A stretch of DNA of 64,000 bases from Candidatus Latescibacterota bacterium (GCA_965248265.1 CBDFJF010000002.1:736001-800000); one strand, 5' to 3'; shown: positions 40,901 to 53,100, counted from the stretch's first letter. Numbers and translations: made by a program. The notes: generated by a model not told the origin, from the letters alone.

Positions 40901-42505
40901 ACGCAGTCTTCCCAATCCAGCTTCACGACATTGGCCACAGCCGACGTGACGGCTCCGGCCGTACCTGCCGGGCTGGATGCCATCCCGGGCTCGGAACAGG
41001 TCGTGCTCAGCTGGGACGCCAACGATGAGCTCGATCTGGCCGGCTACCGCGTCGAGCGCCGGGCGCCGACGCTCCCCTTCTTTACCGCCATCGCCTCGGG
41101 TCTGGAGGAGCCGACCTACACCGATTTGGGTCTGAGCAACTCGGTCGAGTACGAGTACCGCGTCCTGGCCGTGGATCGCTCCGACAATGCCTCGGACCCA
41201 TCGGAGGCGGTCGCAGTGACGCCGGTGTCGACGGCGGCCCCGACGACGCCCACCGAGCTGGCCCACAGCGGCGCCTTGCGGCCGACGTTCCGCTTCGACA
41301 ACGCTGAGCCCTTCGCCGCCGGGGCGACGCTGACCTACACCGTGCAGGTGTCGACGGAGTCCGACTTCTCGAACGTGACCGACTCGGAATCGGGCATCGT
41401 CGAAGACGGCGACGGCGTCACCACCTGGACGATCACGCGCGATCTGGTGGGCGACGCTACCTACTACTGGCGCGTACGGGCATTGGAGGGGGCCCTGATC
41501 GGGCCGTGGACGGAGCCGCAGGAGTTCGCTGCGGCGGCCGTGGCCCTGGTCGCCGACTTCAACGGTGACCTCAAGGTCAACCTCGACGACTTCTTCGATT
41601 TCATAGACGTGTTCGGCGATCCGGTCACCGGGGCGTCCATCGTCTACGACCTGGACGACGACGGCCGTATCGGCCTGGACGACTTCTTCATCTTCATCGA
41701 TCACTTCGGCGACACGGCCACTGCCGGCAGGGTCTGGGCGTATGCCAACGTGATGGACGAGCAAGCCCAGCTGCGGCTGGAAGCGCGTGGTAGCTCGGCG
41801 ATGAGCGCTGGTGGAGCTGGGGCGGCCACGGGCACCGAGACTGACCGCATCACCGTGCGCCTGTGGGCTGATCAGGTCGGCGATCTGGAGGCCTACGCCC
41901 TAGTCGTGGGCTACGACCCGCGGCTCGTGCGTTTCGTCGGTGCGCAGCAGGGGATCGGGCCGCTGCTGGAATCTCAGGGCGGTAGCGCACCGCTGTTCAG
42001 CGTCCTGCACCGGCGCAAGGGGGAGCTGGTCGTGGGCAACGGCCTCACAGACGGCGACCCGGTTTCCGGCTACGGGCTGCTGGGAGAGCTCACGTTCGAG
42101 ACGCTGACGGCGCCGACGTCTGGTCAGGCCTATTTCGAGCTGCGCCAGGCCTTCATCAAGGGAGAGCAGGAGGACGGGCAGGTGCGCCGCGTGCGTCAGG
42201 TCAGCTCGACGAAGTTGCTGCCGCAGCAGTTTTTCCTGGGGGCCAATTATCCCAATCCGTTCAACCCTGCAACACAGATCAACTTCGCGCTACCCGTCGG
42301 CACCAGCGTCGAGCTCAAGGTCTACGACGTGCTCGGCCAACTCGTGCGCACGCTGGTGGCCAAGGAGCACCGCGCGGCTGGTTTTTACAACGTCGTCTGG
42401 AACGGCAGGGACGAGAGCAATCGCGGCGTCGGCAGCGGCGTCTACTTTTACCGGCTCAAGACGCCCGCCGTCCAACATTCGGGGAGGATGACGCTGCTCA
42501 AATAG
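37949..42505 (+). CDS. large secreted protein: cohesin-like, multiple FN3 repeats, dockerin/EF-hand-like, cohesin-like, FlgD/T9SS-CTD-like C-terminus
   Basis: Signal peptide; WTTDEPA...GLTPGTTYQY repeats; DFNGDLKVNLDDF and DLDDDGRIGLDDF; NYPNPFNP...MTLLK. Confidence 0.88.
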   Translation: MSMALRHPIPRLSFTLLTASLLLWAEESFGTTNENFNAVIANQQKVFKNPQPGQEIRVRIGVEGISEVRQISAQVAYDPEFFDFDEVVRGNLLEDGEFFVSSNEMVGNLSAVSAGVISFGTEPDRSSRGIVGEWVFILREPITEMDGHTDLSLTYIRAAMTTDDADERVFAPGVLTITAAFDRSNKFEGKGVKAFPRFRSASIQWKTQERGIQDVARVDELNLTGEFVRIGEFEPNYPDQALDLLRDMDQYARRAAAGEVPDVDFVNDDVETIRAALNIGTPGFGLPDLFPDLLQLARPIYKRFLDQIHLVEVTGLTQGTHYRACVESTSLTGNLSPGPPEGCVEFDTRSRQDLRRAVASNFDCQRGLTSSTCDFDTNRLVKTSYSFLTVEDTGPSTIAGISQPSLGEVVATGEVNPLGAKETNFTVKGLDPGTRYGIEITAELVGEISDDLPPGFALIDLPTRIIRTRARLPGGGAITGPPAPIPSSQSAVIKFNTPLAVVADVFFAIGPDVDLALKATANQEDFPEDDFTWMASGQRGTKHEIELSGLDPLTNYVYKIEYDVEGGERFSTRADGNTKFSGVLEFDTTDPADQSPPALTEGPRVFTTDVIAVAQFRNDVASTASVFVGTASTLGTSDEYEFSDGILDGKHSIVMSGLDQGVDYLYRIEYTGANGVTGIFSGSGDVAGKATAALQPPGGGGAFTTTNVPDTQFPVILTGPTVSSKTHDTAIVEWTTDEPADSDVQFGTTELDEQEASGVSETSHKITLPGLTPGTTYQYIVASTDASGNGATQSATAVFTTDPEIDLTAPSIVGTPSIGYKNESSATVLWTTNEEATGKVEFGTDAQLGFIRTLPETETVHEITLTNLEASTEYFYRVSSTDLSNNGPTESSILSFTTDAAPDLTSPTISNIQVEEDETSVIITWDTNELADSFVDFGTTSGLLTSTVGDVEDVTEHEITMTNLESATTYFYTVGSIDRANNPPTQSSQSSFTTLATADVTAPAVPAGLDAIPGSEQVVLSWDANDELDLAGYRVERRAPTLPFFTAIASGLEEPTYTDLGLSNSVEYEYRVLAVDRSDNASDPSEAVAVTPVSTAAPTTPTELAHSGALRPTFRFDNAEPFAAGATLTYTVQVSTESDFSNVTDSESGIVEDGDGVTTWTITRDLVGDATYYWRVRALEGALIGPWTEPQEFAAAAVALVADFNGDLKVNLDDFFDFIDVFGDPVTGASIVYDLDDDGRIGLDDFFIFIDHFGDTATAGRVWAYANVMDEQAQLRLEARGSSAMSAGGAGAATGTETDRITVRLWADQVGDLEAYALVVGYDPRLVRFVGAQQGIGPLLESQGGSAPLFSVLHRRKGELVVGNGLTDGDPVSGYGLLGELTFETLTAPTSGQAYFELRQAFIKGEQEDGQVRRVRQVSSTKLLPQQFFLGANYPNPFNPATQINFALPVGTSVELKVYDVLGQLVRTLVAKEHRAAGFYNVVWNGRDESNRGVGSGVYFYRLKTPAVQHSGRMTLLK

Positions 42506-43708
42506 CGACCGATTTTCAGCAGCTCGCGCTTCATGTAGCGCTTGCGCAGCAGGTGATCGGCGTTGTATCCGCCATCTCCTGCGACTTCGCCCTCAGGCCA
42601 CGCTGGCTAAGGGCGATTTTCACCGCACCACCGGAGTCTGACGATGACGAAACGGATCGCTACAATCCTCACGGCGCTGTTGATGTCCACCCAAATGAGC
42701 CCGGTCAAGGGCTCTGCCCAACAGCCCACCATAGCCGAAGGTGCGATCGATGTCGTCACGCAGATCGGGACCGGTGGCATCCTGACGCTGAGAAGCGTGC
42801 CGCCGATCGCCTACACAGCCCAAACCAAGTTTCCCGACGGTATGGCTTTCATGCAGGGCGATCAGTTGAATATCGAAGCGTGTTGGACCAAGGAGGGGGT
42901 GCCCACGGCAACGGTCGTCAAGGTCGTCCAGGATGGGGATCCGCCACCAGATGGTCCATCGCTGCGAGTGCCGTTCGGCGATTTCGGCACGGGCGAAGAC
43001 GTCCTGGTTCCCCTGGTGCCTGTCTTCGTCTACGACGAAAACGTCCTCGTCTACGACGTGACCGTCCTCGACAACAACGGGTTTCCAATCGGGGTTCCAA
43101 TCAACCAGGCTATCGCCGCGGGGGACTTGCAGCCCGGCCGCCAGGTGGAAGTGTCAGTCGAACCGGATCCGAGTTCAGGTGACTTTGTCGCCACGCAGAT
43201 CTTCCTGTTGCCTTCTACGGGCGACTTTCCTCCGTTTTCGGACTTCTTCCAGGTTGTCCACGAGATCGACGAGGTGAACTGGACTGTGACGTTCGGGTTC
43301 GATCCCATCCTGATACAGAGCGACACCGTCATCGACCTCGGGGCCGGCGTCAGCCTGGGCGATTTGCAAGAAGACACCGAGCTGGTCGTTATGATGGAAA
43401 ACGACGTGCCGACGGATTCCGAGGGACGACTACTCCCCACGCGGGTGGAAGTCAAGGACGCAAGCAAGGACTACTTCTCTGATCCGTCCCTCTTTCCGTT
43501 CTTCGTCGGCTTCCTCGGAACCGAGGATGTACCTGAGGGCAAGTTGCTGCGGTCATACGACTTCTACATCCCCAGCTTGGCTTCGAATGCCGAGATTCTC
43601 GAGAATCCCACGATGACGTTCAAGGAGCTCGAGGGAAGATTCGTGAGGGCGAATATCCGCCACCCCCACGGTGAGGTCGTCATACCGGTGGATCTGGTGG
43701 TGGAGTTT

Positions 43709-44611
43709 GAGCTGTTGGATGGGGACCCGGGGGATGTTGGAGGTTTTCCGGAGGTGGCGTTTGGGGTTGTGGAGGTGGCGGATGTGCCTGGTGGCCTTCT
43801 TAGTCTTGCGCCGGTGGATGTGGGTTTGGAGGACGGGGTTACGAAGTATGTGACGGAGTTGGCGGACGGGACACTGGATGAGTCGACTTCCTTGCCCATG
43901 CCTCCGATAGAGTTGGGTACTCCTGTGACGGCGCAGGTATGTTGGACTCGGGAAGGAGAGGCGACGGCGACGAAGGTGTATGTGGGCGTTGCGCCTTTGG
44001 AGGATGAGGCGGGGGTGTTGCGTTTTGATTTTGGCTCTTATGTGGAGGCGGCTGACGGTACGGTGACGGGTATGGTGTCTGAGTTGGTGGCCTATACGAT
44101 CGATCCGACGATGGACCCGGAAGTGCTGGTATTTTCAGTGGGCGTGCAAGGGGACTTGGTAGAGCAGCCGTTTTCGTCGGTGCAGGCGGATGCTCTGTTG
44201 GGAGAGCGGGTGGATGTGACTTATGTGCGGGATGCGGGAGGGCTTCGTCTGGTGGAGTCGGTGTTTGTGCATCCTGAGGAGGTGTTGGAGGAGTCGGTGA
44301 TTTTGGAGGTGGCATCGCTGGATCGTTCGACGTGGACGCTGGGGTTGTTGAACAGTTTTCCGGTGGATCTGCCGTTGTGGTCGAGTCTCACTCCGGTGCC
44401 GATGGCGGGTGACGAGCTGGAGCTTCGTTTTGATCCGGAGGGTCGAGTGGTGGAGGTGCGGCTTGCACCGGTGTCTGCGGATCCACTGCCGGATGATCCG
44501 GTGCCGGATGATTCGTTTGTGGGTGAGTTTGCGTTGTATGACCCGGATGAGGAGGTGTTGCAGCTGAAGGACCCGTATCGCCCACCCGTGGCCAGTGACG
44601 TGCGTGTGTTT
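43709..44611. repeat. 903-bp direct repeat, copy 1
   Basis: Matches 44741-46960 once the IS is removed; period 1032 bp; identical antisense ORFs 43839-44315 and 44871-45347. Confidence 0.92.
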
Positions 44612-45477
44612 AACGCGCTGGGTCAAGAAGTGACGGCTTCGTCTGAAATGATGGATTATTCTGATGTGACGGGTATTGTGGAGGCGCGTCGGATCGCGGG
44701 GCCGTCGGGTTTGGTGCCGCCGGATTTGGTGGTAGAGCTCGAGCTGTTGGATGGGGACCCGGGGGATGTTGGAGGTTTTCCGGAGGTGGCGTTTGGGGTT
44801 GTGGAGGTGGCGGATGTGCCTGGTGGCCTTCTTAGTCTTGCGCCGGTGGATGTGGGTTTGGAGGACGGGGTTACGAAGTATGTGACGGAGTTGGCGGACG
44901 GGACACTGGATGAGTCGACTTCCTTGCCCATGCCTCCGATAGAGTTGGGTACTCCTGTGACGGCGCAGGTATGTTGGACTCGGGAAGGAGAGGCGACGGC
45001 GACGAAGGTGTATGTGGGCGTTGCGCCTTTGGAGGATGAGGCGGGGGTGTTGCGTTTTGATTTTGGCTCTTATGTGGAGGCGGCTGACGGTACGGTGACG
45101 GGTATGGTGTCTGAGTTGGTGGCCTATACGATCGATCCGACGATGGACCCGGAAGTGCTGGTATTTTCAGTGGGCGTGCAAGGGGACTTGGTAGAGCAGC
45201 CGTTTTCGTCGGTGCAGGCGGATGCTCTGTTGGGAGAGCGGGTGGATGTGACTTATGTGCGGGATGCGGGAGGGCTTCGTCTGGTGGAGTCGGTGTTTGT
45301 GCATCCTGAGGAGGTGTTGGAGGAGTCGGTGATTTTGGAGGTGGCATCGCTGGATCGTTCGACGTGGACGCTGGGGTTGTTGAACAGTTTTCCGGTGGAT
45401 CTGCCGTTGTGGTCGAGTCTCACTCCTGAATCGCCCCGGGGTTGCCGGAGGCTCCATTTCTTGAGAGGATTGGAGTC

Positions 45478-46709
<1,232 letters not shown>

Positions 46710-47654
46710 CCGAGTCTCCGAAAAACCCGGGGCGATTCACTCCGGTGCCGATGGCGGGTGACGAGCTGGAGCTTCGTTTTGATCCGGAGGGTCGAGTGGT
46801 GGAGGTGCGGCTTGCACCGGTGTCTGCGGATCCACTGCCGGATGATCCGGTGCCGGATGATTCGTTTGTGGGTGAGTTTGCGTTGTATGACCCGGATGAG
46901 GAGGTGTTGCAGCTGAAGGACCCGTATCGCCCACCCGTGGCCAGTGACGTGCGTGTGTTTGAGGGGGGAATGCCGGTGTCGGTGCCCAATGAGTGGGGCT
47001 TGGTCAGGGCGCGCAGGATCGCGGTGCCGCCGGGCATGGTGCCGCCGGGCACGGCGCCGCGAGATCTGGTGGTGGAGATCGAGCTGGATGTGTTCGCCGA
47101 GCTCGAGAATTCAGCTCCAACCCAGCCAGGTCCGAACGCCAGCGCCCTGCTGTCGCTCGATCTGGACCCCCAGGTCGACAACCAGAACGTCGTCCACCGC
47201 CAGAATGTCGATCAGACCATTCTGTGGGCCATTTACGCGGACAATCTGATCGACGTCACCGGCTTGTCCGTGGATCTCACCTACGACTCCGATCAGGTGG
47301 AGTTCTTAGGCGAATCGCCGCGCGTCGCAGACGAGGCCAGCGTGTTGCCCAGTGAAGCTGTCTTCCCCGCCCCAAAGATGCCGGCACCGGGAACCATCAG
47401 GTATACGGGGCTCCTCCTGCCAGGCGCTAGATCTGCGGCAGGCCAGCCAGTGTCCGGTCCGTTGGTGGCCATGTTCGAGTTCTCCGCGCTGCAGCTCAGC
47501 CGCGCCCATATCGGCCTCGAACGGGTGGTGCTGAGATCACCCGGCGGAACAGATATCCTGCGACCGAATCTAGTCGCCCAGGTCGTCCCGGAGGCCACCG
47601 GCATTGCTGACTTCGATGACGATGGGTTCGTGGGCTGGATCGATCTATTCATGC

Positions 47655-47698
47655 TGTCAGATGCCACGCTGCTGGTGATGTCAGGTGCCACGCTGCTG
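47655..47698. repeat. short tandem duplication, 24-bp period
   Basis: TGTCAGATGCCACGCTGCTG / TGTCAGGTGCCACGCTGCTG (19/20), in frame. Confidence 0.8.
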
Positions 47699-47716
47699 CA
47701 GGAAATCTTCAATCCG

Positions 47717-49761
47717 GATGCGACCAGGCAAGTCTGGTCCGTAGGAATAGAAGGAGGTGATACTTTCTTGAAATACGGTTAGTCGTCCCGCGGGTGCAAA
47801 ACCCGCCTGGCCAAAGCTGAGCCCGGCAGGCCAGAAACGAGCCCTTGCGTGTGTTCCCGGTAACGGGGCAGGCGAAGCAGTAGGGCAGTGAGCGAGCGGG
47901 CTGTGGAATTGCGGCCCTGAAATGAGACCGTTCCGGGATAGCTGAGGGTGCCGGATTACCTGAAGGCAGCAGTGTCGTCGGCGTTATGTGGGCAAGGCGA
48001 CGACACCCCGGCGGGGTGTGATACGACCAGGGCACGCTCGCAGAGGATGACCCAGGAACCTGGGAGGCCCCAGCCTCTCCACGGATTGATTCCGGTGCTA
48101 CGGAGAGCCGGTGAAGAAGTCTCCGACGCGCCACGCGTCAGCACACGCACGCGTGGCCGATTAAGAACAAGCGTGGGCACCGTGGTAGGTCGTTTGCGAG
48201 GGGAACCGGAGCGGCGACCGATGGAGCATGGGGAGTCGGAGGACCGTGTAGTAGCTGAGAAGTCGGGGAACGGTTGGCAGCTGGACCCGGCGGAGCCAAG
48301 GCGGTCCGTGTTGACACGAACTTCAGGAGGGCACCATGACCGATGCATTGACTTCGGGGTCCATGTCACCGGGACTTTTGGAGGTAGCGGAGAGAGCGAG
48401 GCGAGAGCCGCAGGCCAAGTTTCACTCGCTGGCACACCTGATCGACGTGGAAGCTCTGCGTAGGGCGTTCGACCATCAAAAGCCGAGCGCTGCAGTCGGG
48501 GTAGATGGCGTGACCAAGGAGCAGTATGGGCAGGACCTGGAGAGGAATCTGCAGGATCTGCACCGGCGACTGCGCACTAAGCGGTGGCGCCACCAGCCCA
48601 TTCGTAGAGTCCACATCCCCAAGGACGGCAAAGGCAAGAAGACTCGTCCCATTGGCATCTCGTGCTTCGAGGACAAGATTGTCCAGGAGGCGTTACGCGA
48701 GGTGCTGTCGGCGGTCTACGAGCAGGACTTTCGGGATTGCTCATACGGCTACCGTCCGGGACGCAGTGCCCACGACGCTCTGCGGGTGTTGAATCGGGTG
48801 GTGATGAACGGGGAAGCGAAGGTCATTCTGGAGGCGGATATTACATCCTACTTCGACAGTTTGGATCGATCCAAACTGATGGAGTTTCTCCGGGAGCGGA
48901 TTCCCGATGGGTCGATCACCCGGCTCGTGGGGAAGTGCTTGCACGTTGGGGTGCTGGATGGCGAACAGTTTTCTACGCCGGACCGAGGCACCGCACAGGG
49001 CTCCTGTTTGTCGCCACTGCTTGGCAACCTCTACCTGCACCACGTCCTCGACGAGTGGTTTGAAGTCGAGATCAGACCACGGTTGCGTCGTAGAGCAACG
49101 TTGGTCCGATACGCCGATGATTTCATCATTGGTTTCGAACTGCCGGAGGATGCCGAGCGCGTGAGGGCAGTGCTGAGCAAGCGGCTGGACAAATACGGAC
49201 TAACCCTGCAGCCAGACAAGACCCGGCTCATCCCTTTCGAGCGGCCACCACAGGAGCAGACGAAGGGTAAAGGGCCAGGTACCTTCGACCTTCTGGGTTT
49301 CACGTGGTTTTGGCGGAGAGCCCCGAATGGTCGATGGGTGCTGACGAGCAAGACACGGCGTGATCGGCTCAAGCGGTCTGTGCAGGCCCTGTATCGGCTG
49401 TGCCGTCGCCATCGGAACTGGCCGATACCAAAGCAGCACGCCGACCTCGTAAGGCGCATCCAAGGCCACATCAACTACTTCGGTATCAGCGGGAATGGGA
49501 ACAGCGTAACCCAACTCACTACCGCAGCGATGTTTGCGTGGTACAAGTGGTTGAATCGACGTAGCCAGCGATCGCGCCTGACGTGGGAGCGATACTACCG
49601 GGGGTTGCTCCGGCAGTATCCACTCCCAAGACCCCGGATCGTTGTATCGATCTGGTTTTCCTAACCGCGAGACGTGTCAATGGAGGAGCCCAGTGCGGGA
49701 AATCTGCTCGCTGGGATCTGGTGAGGGCCGGGGCCGCATGACAGGGCCTCGGCTACTCGAC
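47717..49761 (+). mobile_element. group II intron (IIB-like), sense orientation, about 2045 nt
   Basis: Domain V GAGCCCAGTGCGGGAAATCTGCTCGCTGGGATC, domain VI ending CTACTCGAC; loop GCCGGATT (47950-47957) complementary to exon AATCCG(G); RT ORF inside; 5' boundary uncertain by 1 nt. Confidence 0.88.
48336..49664 (+). CDS. ltrA: group II intron reverse transcriptase/maturase, no endonuclease domain
   Basis: GVDG, RRVHIPK, RPIGI, SYGYRPGRSAHDA, GTAQG..LSPLLGNLYL, YADD, domain X GHINYF. Confidence 0.95.
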   Translation: MTDALTSGSMSPGLLEVAERARREPQAKFHSLAHLIDVEALRRAFDHQKPSAAVGVDGVTKEQYGQDLERNLQDLHRRLRTKRWRHQPIRRVHIPKDGKGKKTRPIGISCFEDKIVQEALREVLSAVYEQDFRDCSYGYRPGRSAHDALRVLNRVVMNGEAKVILEADITSYFDSLDRSKLMEFLRERIPDGSITRLVGKCLHVGVLDGEQFSTPDRGTAQGSCLSPLLGNLYLHHVLDEWFEVEIRPRLRRRATLVRYADDFIIGFELPEDAERVRAVLSKRLDKYGLTLQPDKTRLIPFERPPQEQTKGKGPGTFDLLGFTWFWRRAPNGRWVLTSKTRRDRLKRSVQALYRLCRRHRNWPIPKQHADLVRRIQGHINYFGISGNGNSVTQLTTAAMFAWYKWLNRRSQRSRLTWERYYRGLLRQYPLPRPRIVVSIWFS

Positions 49762-50592
49762 ATCTTCGACCTCGACGGGAACGGAAGGCTCAACAGAATC
49801 GATCTGGACCTGTTCCGCGACCAATGGCAGCAAGGGGTCGGCAAGCCGCTGGCCCGCCGCGATCAACCGGCGAGTGATGGCGTGCTGGATCTCGAAATCG
49901 CGCGCGTGGATGACGGCACGGTAGAGCTTCTGTTGCGGCTGGATGGGGCGCACGTTCTCGGGTACGGTGCGTCGCTGCGCTATGACGCCGACGCCTTCCG
50001 TATCAAGAGCATCACCGACGAGCGCGCGCGATCGACGCCATCCCCGCCAGAGACGCTGTTGAACCTCGACAGCTCTGGCGAGGTCCTCCTCATCGGCGGT
50101 ACTCTCGAAGCGCCAGTCGACGGAGCTCTGGCGCGCATCGAATTCGAACGGCTCTCACCGGACGTCGCCGGCACCTTCCGGATCGCTGAAGCAGCCCTGC
50201 GCTCCTCGGATGGAGCCGTCGTCCAACCGCTCCGGCTGGGCGGCGCAGAAATTCGCCCGACTCCGCAGGTCTTCGCACTGGACCGCAACTATCCGAATCC
50301 GTTCAACCCATCGACGACGATCCCGTACCGGCTGGCCACGACATCGGCAGTGCAGCTGGACATATTCGACATCGCGGGTCGCAAGGTGCGGACCGTGCTC
50401 GCCGAACGCCAGGAAGCCGGCTTCCGTCAGGCGACGTGGGACGGCCGTGACGAGCGCGGTGTCACGGTCGGTGCGGGAGTCTATCTATATCGGTTGACCG
50501 CACGGCCGTACCAGCAGGATGGGTCCGACGTCACGCCGCGCGAGTTCGTGGAAGTGCGGAAGCTGATGTTGCTGAAGTAGAGCTGGACCTGT

Positions 50593-51798
50593 CTAGCGGT
50601 CCACGGCGGCAAAGATGCACTTGAGGTAGCGACCCTCAGGGAAGGCTGGGTCCACCGGGTGATCCGGGGCGTGCTGGTTGAAGGCGATCATGCGGGTGTT
50701 CACCCGAGCACCGGAGGTGGCGCGCCTGAGGATCTGGAAGAAGTCCTCGTTTGATATTCGTGTGGAACAAGACGCGGTCACGAGCACTCCGTTATCACGG
50801 ACGAGCTTGAGTGCGTTTCTGTTGAGCTTGGTGTAGATGCCCATCGCATGGTTCAGATCCTTCTGCTTGCGAAGCAGTGACGGCGGGTCGATGACGACGA
50901 TGTCGAACTGAGGTCCCTTGCTGGCCAGGTCATCGAGAAAAGAGAACAGGTCCGCCGCTACGTCGTGATACACCGAGCCGGGCGGGCAATTCGACTCCAG
51001 ATTCTTTCGGCCGTCCGTCAGGGCGGCTCTGGCGATGTCAACACACAGACAGCGCCGCGCACCGCCCTTCAGCGCATGGGCGGCGAACCCACCCGTGTAG
51101 GAGAAGCAGTCGAGGACCGATTTTCCCGCGCTCAATTGCTGCAGCAGGGTCCGGTTCGGTCGCTGGTCAAGAAACAGACCGGTCTTCTGTCCGCGGCGCA
51201 CATCGATATGGAGGCGGACTCCGTTCTCCTCGATGTCGATCAATTCTGGTGGTTCCTCGCCCATGAGGAGGCCGCACGGACGGTCCTTGAGGCCATCGGC
51301 ACGTCGGGTGCCGACGTCGCTGCGTTCGTAAATGCCTTTGGGCTTCACCACCTCATCGAGGGCTTTAACGACATCCTGGCGCATGCGATCCATGCCCATG
51401 GTATGCAATTGGAGGACCAGAAAGCCGGCGTACTCGTCGACGATCAACCCCGGGAGACCGTCGCTCTCGCCGTGGATCAGACGACAGGCGTTGGTATCTG
51501 CCAGCAGTGGACTGCCCCGGCGCAACTCCACGGCTCGCGCGATCTGGCGTTGGAGAAACGGTTGGTCAATCGCCGTGTTCTTTTGACGCGTAAGCACGCG
51601 GACGACAATGGTGGAGCGCGGGTTGTAGTAACCGCGCCCGATGAAGCGGCCTTTGCCGTTGACGACATCGACGATGTCACCGGGGGAAACGGAGGGGTCG
51701 CAACCCGCCACGGCGCCGCTGTACACCCAGGGATGACCCTTCAGCAAGAGCTGCTCGCTGTTGCGGCGCAGCTCGAGCTGTGGGTAGCTCACGGACAT
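50593..51798 (-). CDS. rlmI: RlmI-like SAM-dependent rRNA methyltransferase with PUA domain
   Basis: GHPWVY, GESDGLPGL, GQKTGLFLDQR, FSYTGGF, DPPS, FPEGRYLK. Confidence 0.88.
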   Translation of the reverse strand: MSVSYPQLELRRNSEQLLLKGHPWVYSGAVAGCDPSVSPGDIVDVVNGKGRFIGRGYYNPRSTIVVRVLTRQKNTAIDQPFLQRQIARAVELRRGSPLLADTNACRLIHGESDGLPGLIVDEYAGFLVLQLHTMGMDRMRQDVVKALDEVVKPKGIYERSDVGTRRADGLKDRPCGLLMGEEPPELIDIEENGVRLHIDVRRGQKTGLFLDQRPNRTLLQQLSAGKSVLDCFSYTGGFAAHALKGGARRCLCVDIARAALTDGRKNLESNCPPGSVYHDVAADLFSFLDDLASKGPQFDIVVIDPPSLLRKQKDLNHAMGIYTKLNRNALKLVRDNGVLVTASCSTRISNEDFFQILRRATSGARVNTRMIAFNQHAPDHPVDPAFPEGRYLKCIFAAVDR

Positions 51799-51808
51799 CT
51801 GAGACTCG

Positions 51809-53008
51809 CTATTTTGTTTTTATGAACGTACGAGCGCAGCGGAAGCCGATGTAGGCGGCACCTCTGCCCGGGCTGTGGAAGCTCCTGGCAGCGCCGCGAA
51901 TTTCCACGGCTGGCTGGCTCCATGAGCCGCCGCGCACAACTTTGTAATCGCCCACACTCGGGCCGCGAGGGTTGTCGCTTGGGCTGGAGGCATAATAAAG
52001 GGGATCCCACCAGTCGCCAACCCACTCGGCGACGTTGCCGGCAAGATGGAGCACGCCCTGGGAGCTTGCTCCCTGCGACAGGGCATCGATGGCGACCGGC
52101 TCGGGTGCCGCTCCGCTGTAGCGGGCCAGGCTGTGGTCCGGGGGATTCTCGCCCCACGGATAGGTCGTTGCGCTACTCATGCCTCGGGCCGCGTACTCCC
52201 ATTCCGCCTCCGTCGGCAGCCGCTTATCCTGCCAGCCACAATAAGCCTGTGCATCGCGCCAACTGACCATTGTAGCCGGGCTCGCCGGCGAATCGGGGGG
52301 CGATGTCGTGATTGATGGCTTGCGTCCTTCAGCGTGGAGGAAGGCGCTGTAAGAGGCAGTCGAAACCTCGGTGCGATCGAGCCAGAAGGCGCCAATGGAG
52401 ATCACATGAGGTGGCTGTTCCTCCATGGGCCCGGCCTCCGAACCCATGCGAAAGGAACCGGGCGGGAAGAAAACCATCTCAACCGGGGAAAACGACAACG
52501 CCATCGAGGCCAGGCGGCGCGCGATCCGGCGCGTCATCTCGGTCACCTCGCGATCGCTCTTGCCCAAGGGCTTTGCCTCCGTCCACACGACCTGATTGGT
52601 GGCGACATTCACCACCTTCATGGATACTCGATATCCAGATTTGTCGTAGCGCCCACCCGTTTTGGAGACCTCCACAAATACCAGATTGTCCACATTGGAG
52701 TGCTTGCCGATAGGGGTGGCTGAGGCCCGTTGAGTAAGGCCGGACTGTTGAAATGACAACTCCTCCAGTACATCCTGCAAGCGACTGCGTTCGACCAGAT
52801 CGACGCGCGGGGCCAATGACAGCTCTTCTTCTATCACCGTTTGCACCAGGGTCGTGACGGCTTCCGGGACATAGCGTCCGGATTCTGCCGGAGCAACCCC
52901 GATTGATACCCGGGCCTTGGCCTCTGCATGGCCACACGAGAGGATGACGACGGCAATAAGAGCTGGGAAGAGGGATCGGAATGATGGCATTCTGTGACGC
53001 TCCTTCAA
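51809..53008 (-). CDS. exported CsgG-like plus FGE-sulfatase (SUMF1) domain protein
   Basis: LVERSRLQDVLEELSFQQSG; FRMGS, RLPTEAEWEYAARG, GNVAEW, RGGSW, GFRC. Confidence 0.85.
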   Translation of the reverse strand: MKERHRMPSFRSLFPALIAVVILSCGHAEAKARVSIGVAPAESGRYVPEAVTTLVQTVIEEELSLAPRVDLVERSRLQDVLEELSFQQSGLTQRASATPIGKHSNVDNLVFVEVSKTGGRYDKSGYRVSMKVVNVATNQVVWTEAKPLGKSDREVTEMTRRIARRLASMALSFSPVEMVFFPPGSFRMGSEAGPMEEQPPHVISIGAFWLDRTEVSTASYSAFLHAEGRKPSITTSPPDSPASPATMVSWRDAQAYCGWQDKRLPTEAEWEYAARGMSSATTYPWGENPPDHSLARYSGAAPEPVAIDALSQGASSQGVLHLAGNVAEWVGDWWDPLYYASSPSDNPRGPSVGDYKVVRGGSWSQPAVEIRGAARSFHSPGRGAAYIGFRCARTFIKTK

Positions 53009-53100
53009 GGGTGTTCCAGTACTGTTTGACAGGCTCTACCAGATAGGAGCGAAATCTGTTCCACGAACGCCTCACTCGCCTCACTGAGGCATCAGACGCC

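Noticed and set aside
39995-41764. 589-aa antisense ORF (also 2103-3233, 13459-14550, 60540-61790 and similar)
   Set aside because: Shadow ORFs opposite well-supported genes, expected from high-GC codon bias; no motifs.
43839-45347. Two identical Pro/Thr-rich 158-aa minus-strand ORFs
   Set aside because: By-product of the G/T-skewed duplicated module on the plus strand.
47685-47689. GTGCC as the intron 5' end
   Set aside because: Part of the 24-bp duplication, no matching EBS1 seen, and it does not restore the reading frame with the CTCGAC 3' end.
49642-49761. N-terminus of the listed 312-aa ORF as a real protein start
   Set aside because: These codons are the end of the RT gene and intron domains V-VI; host coding sequence resumes at 49762.
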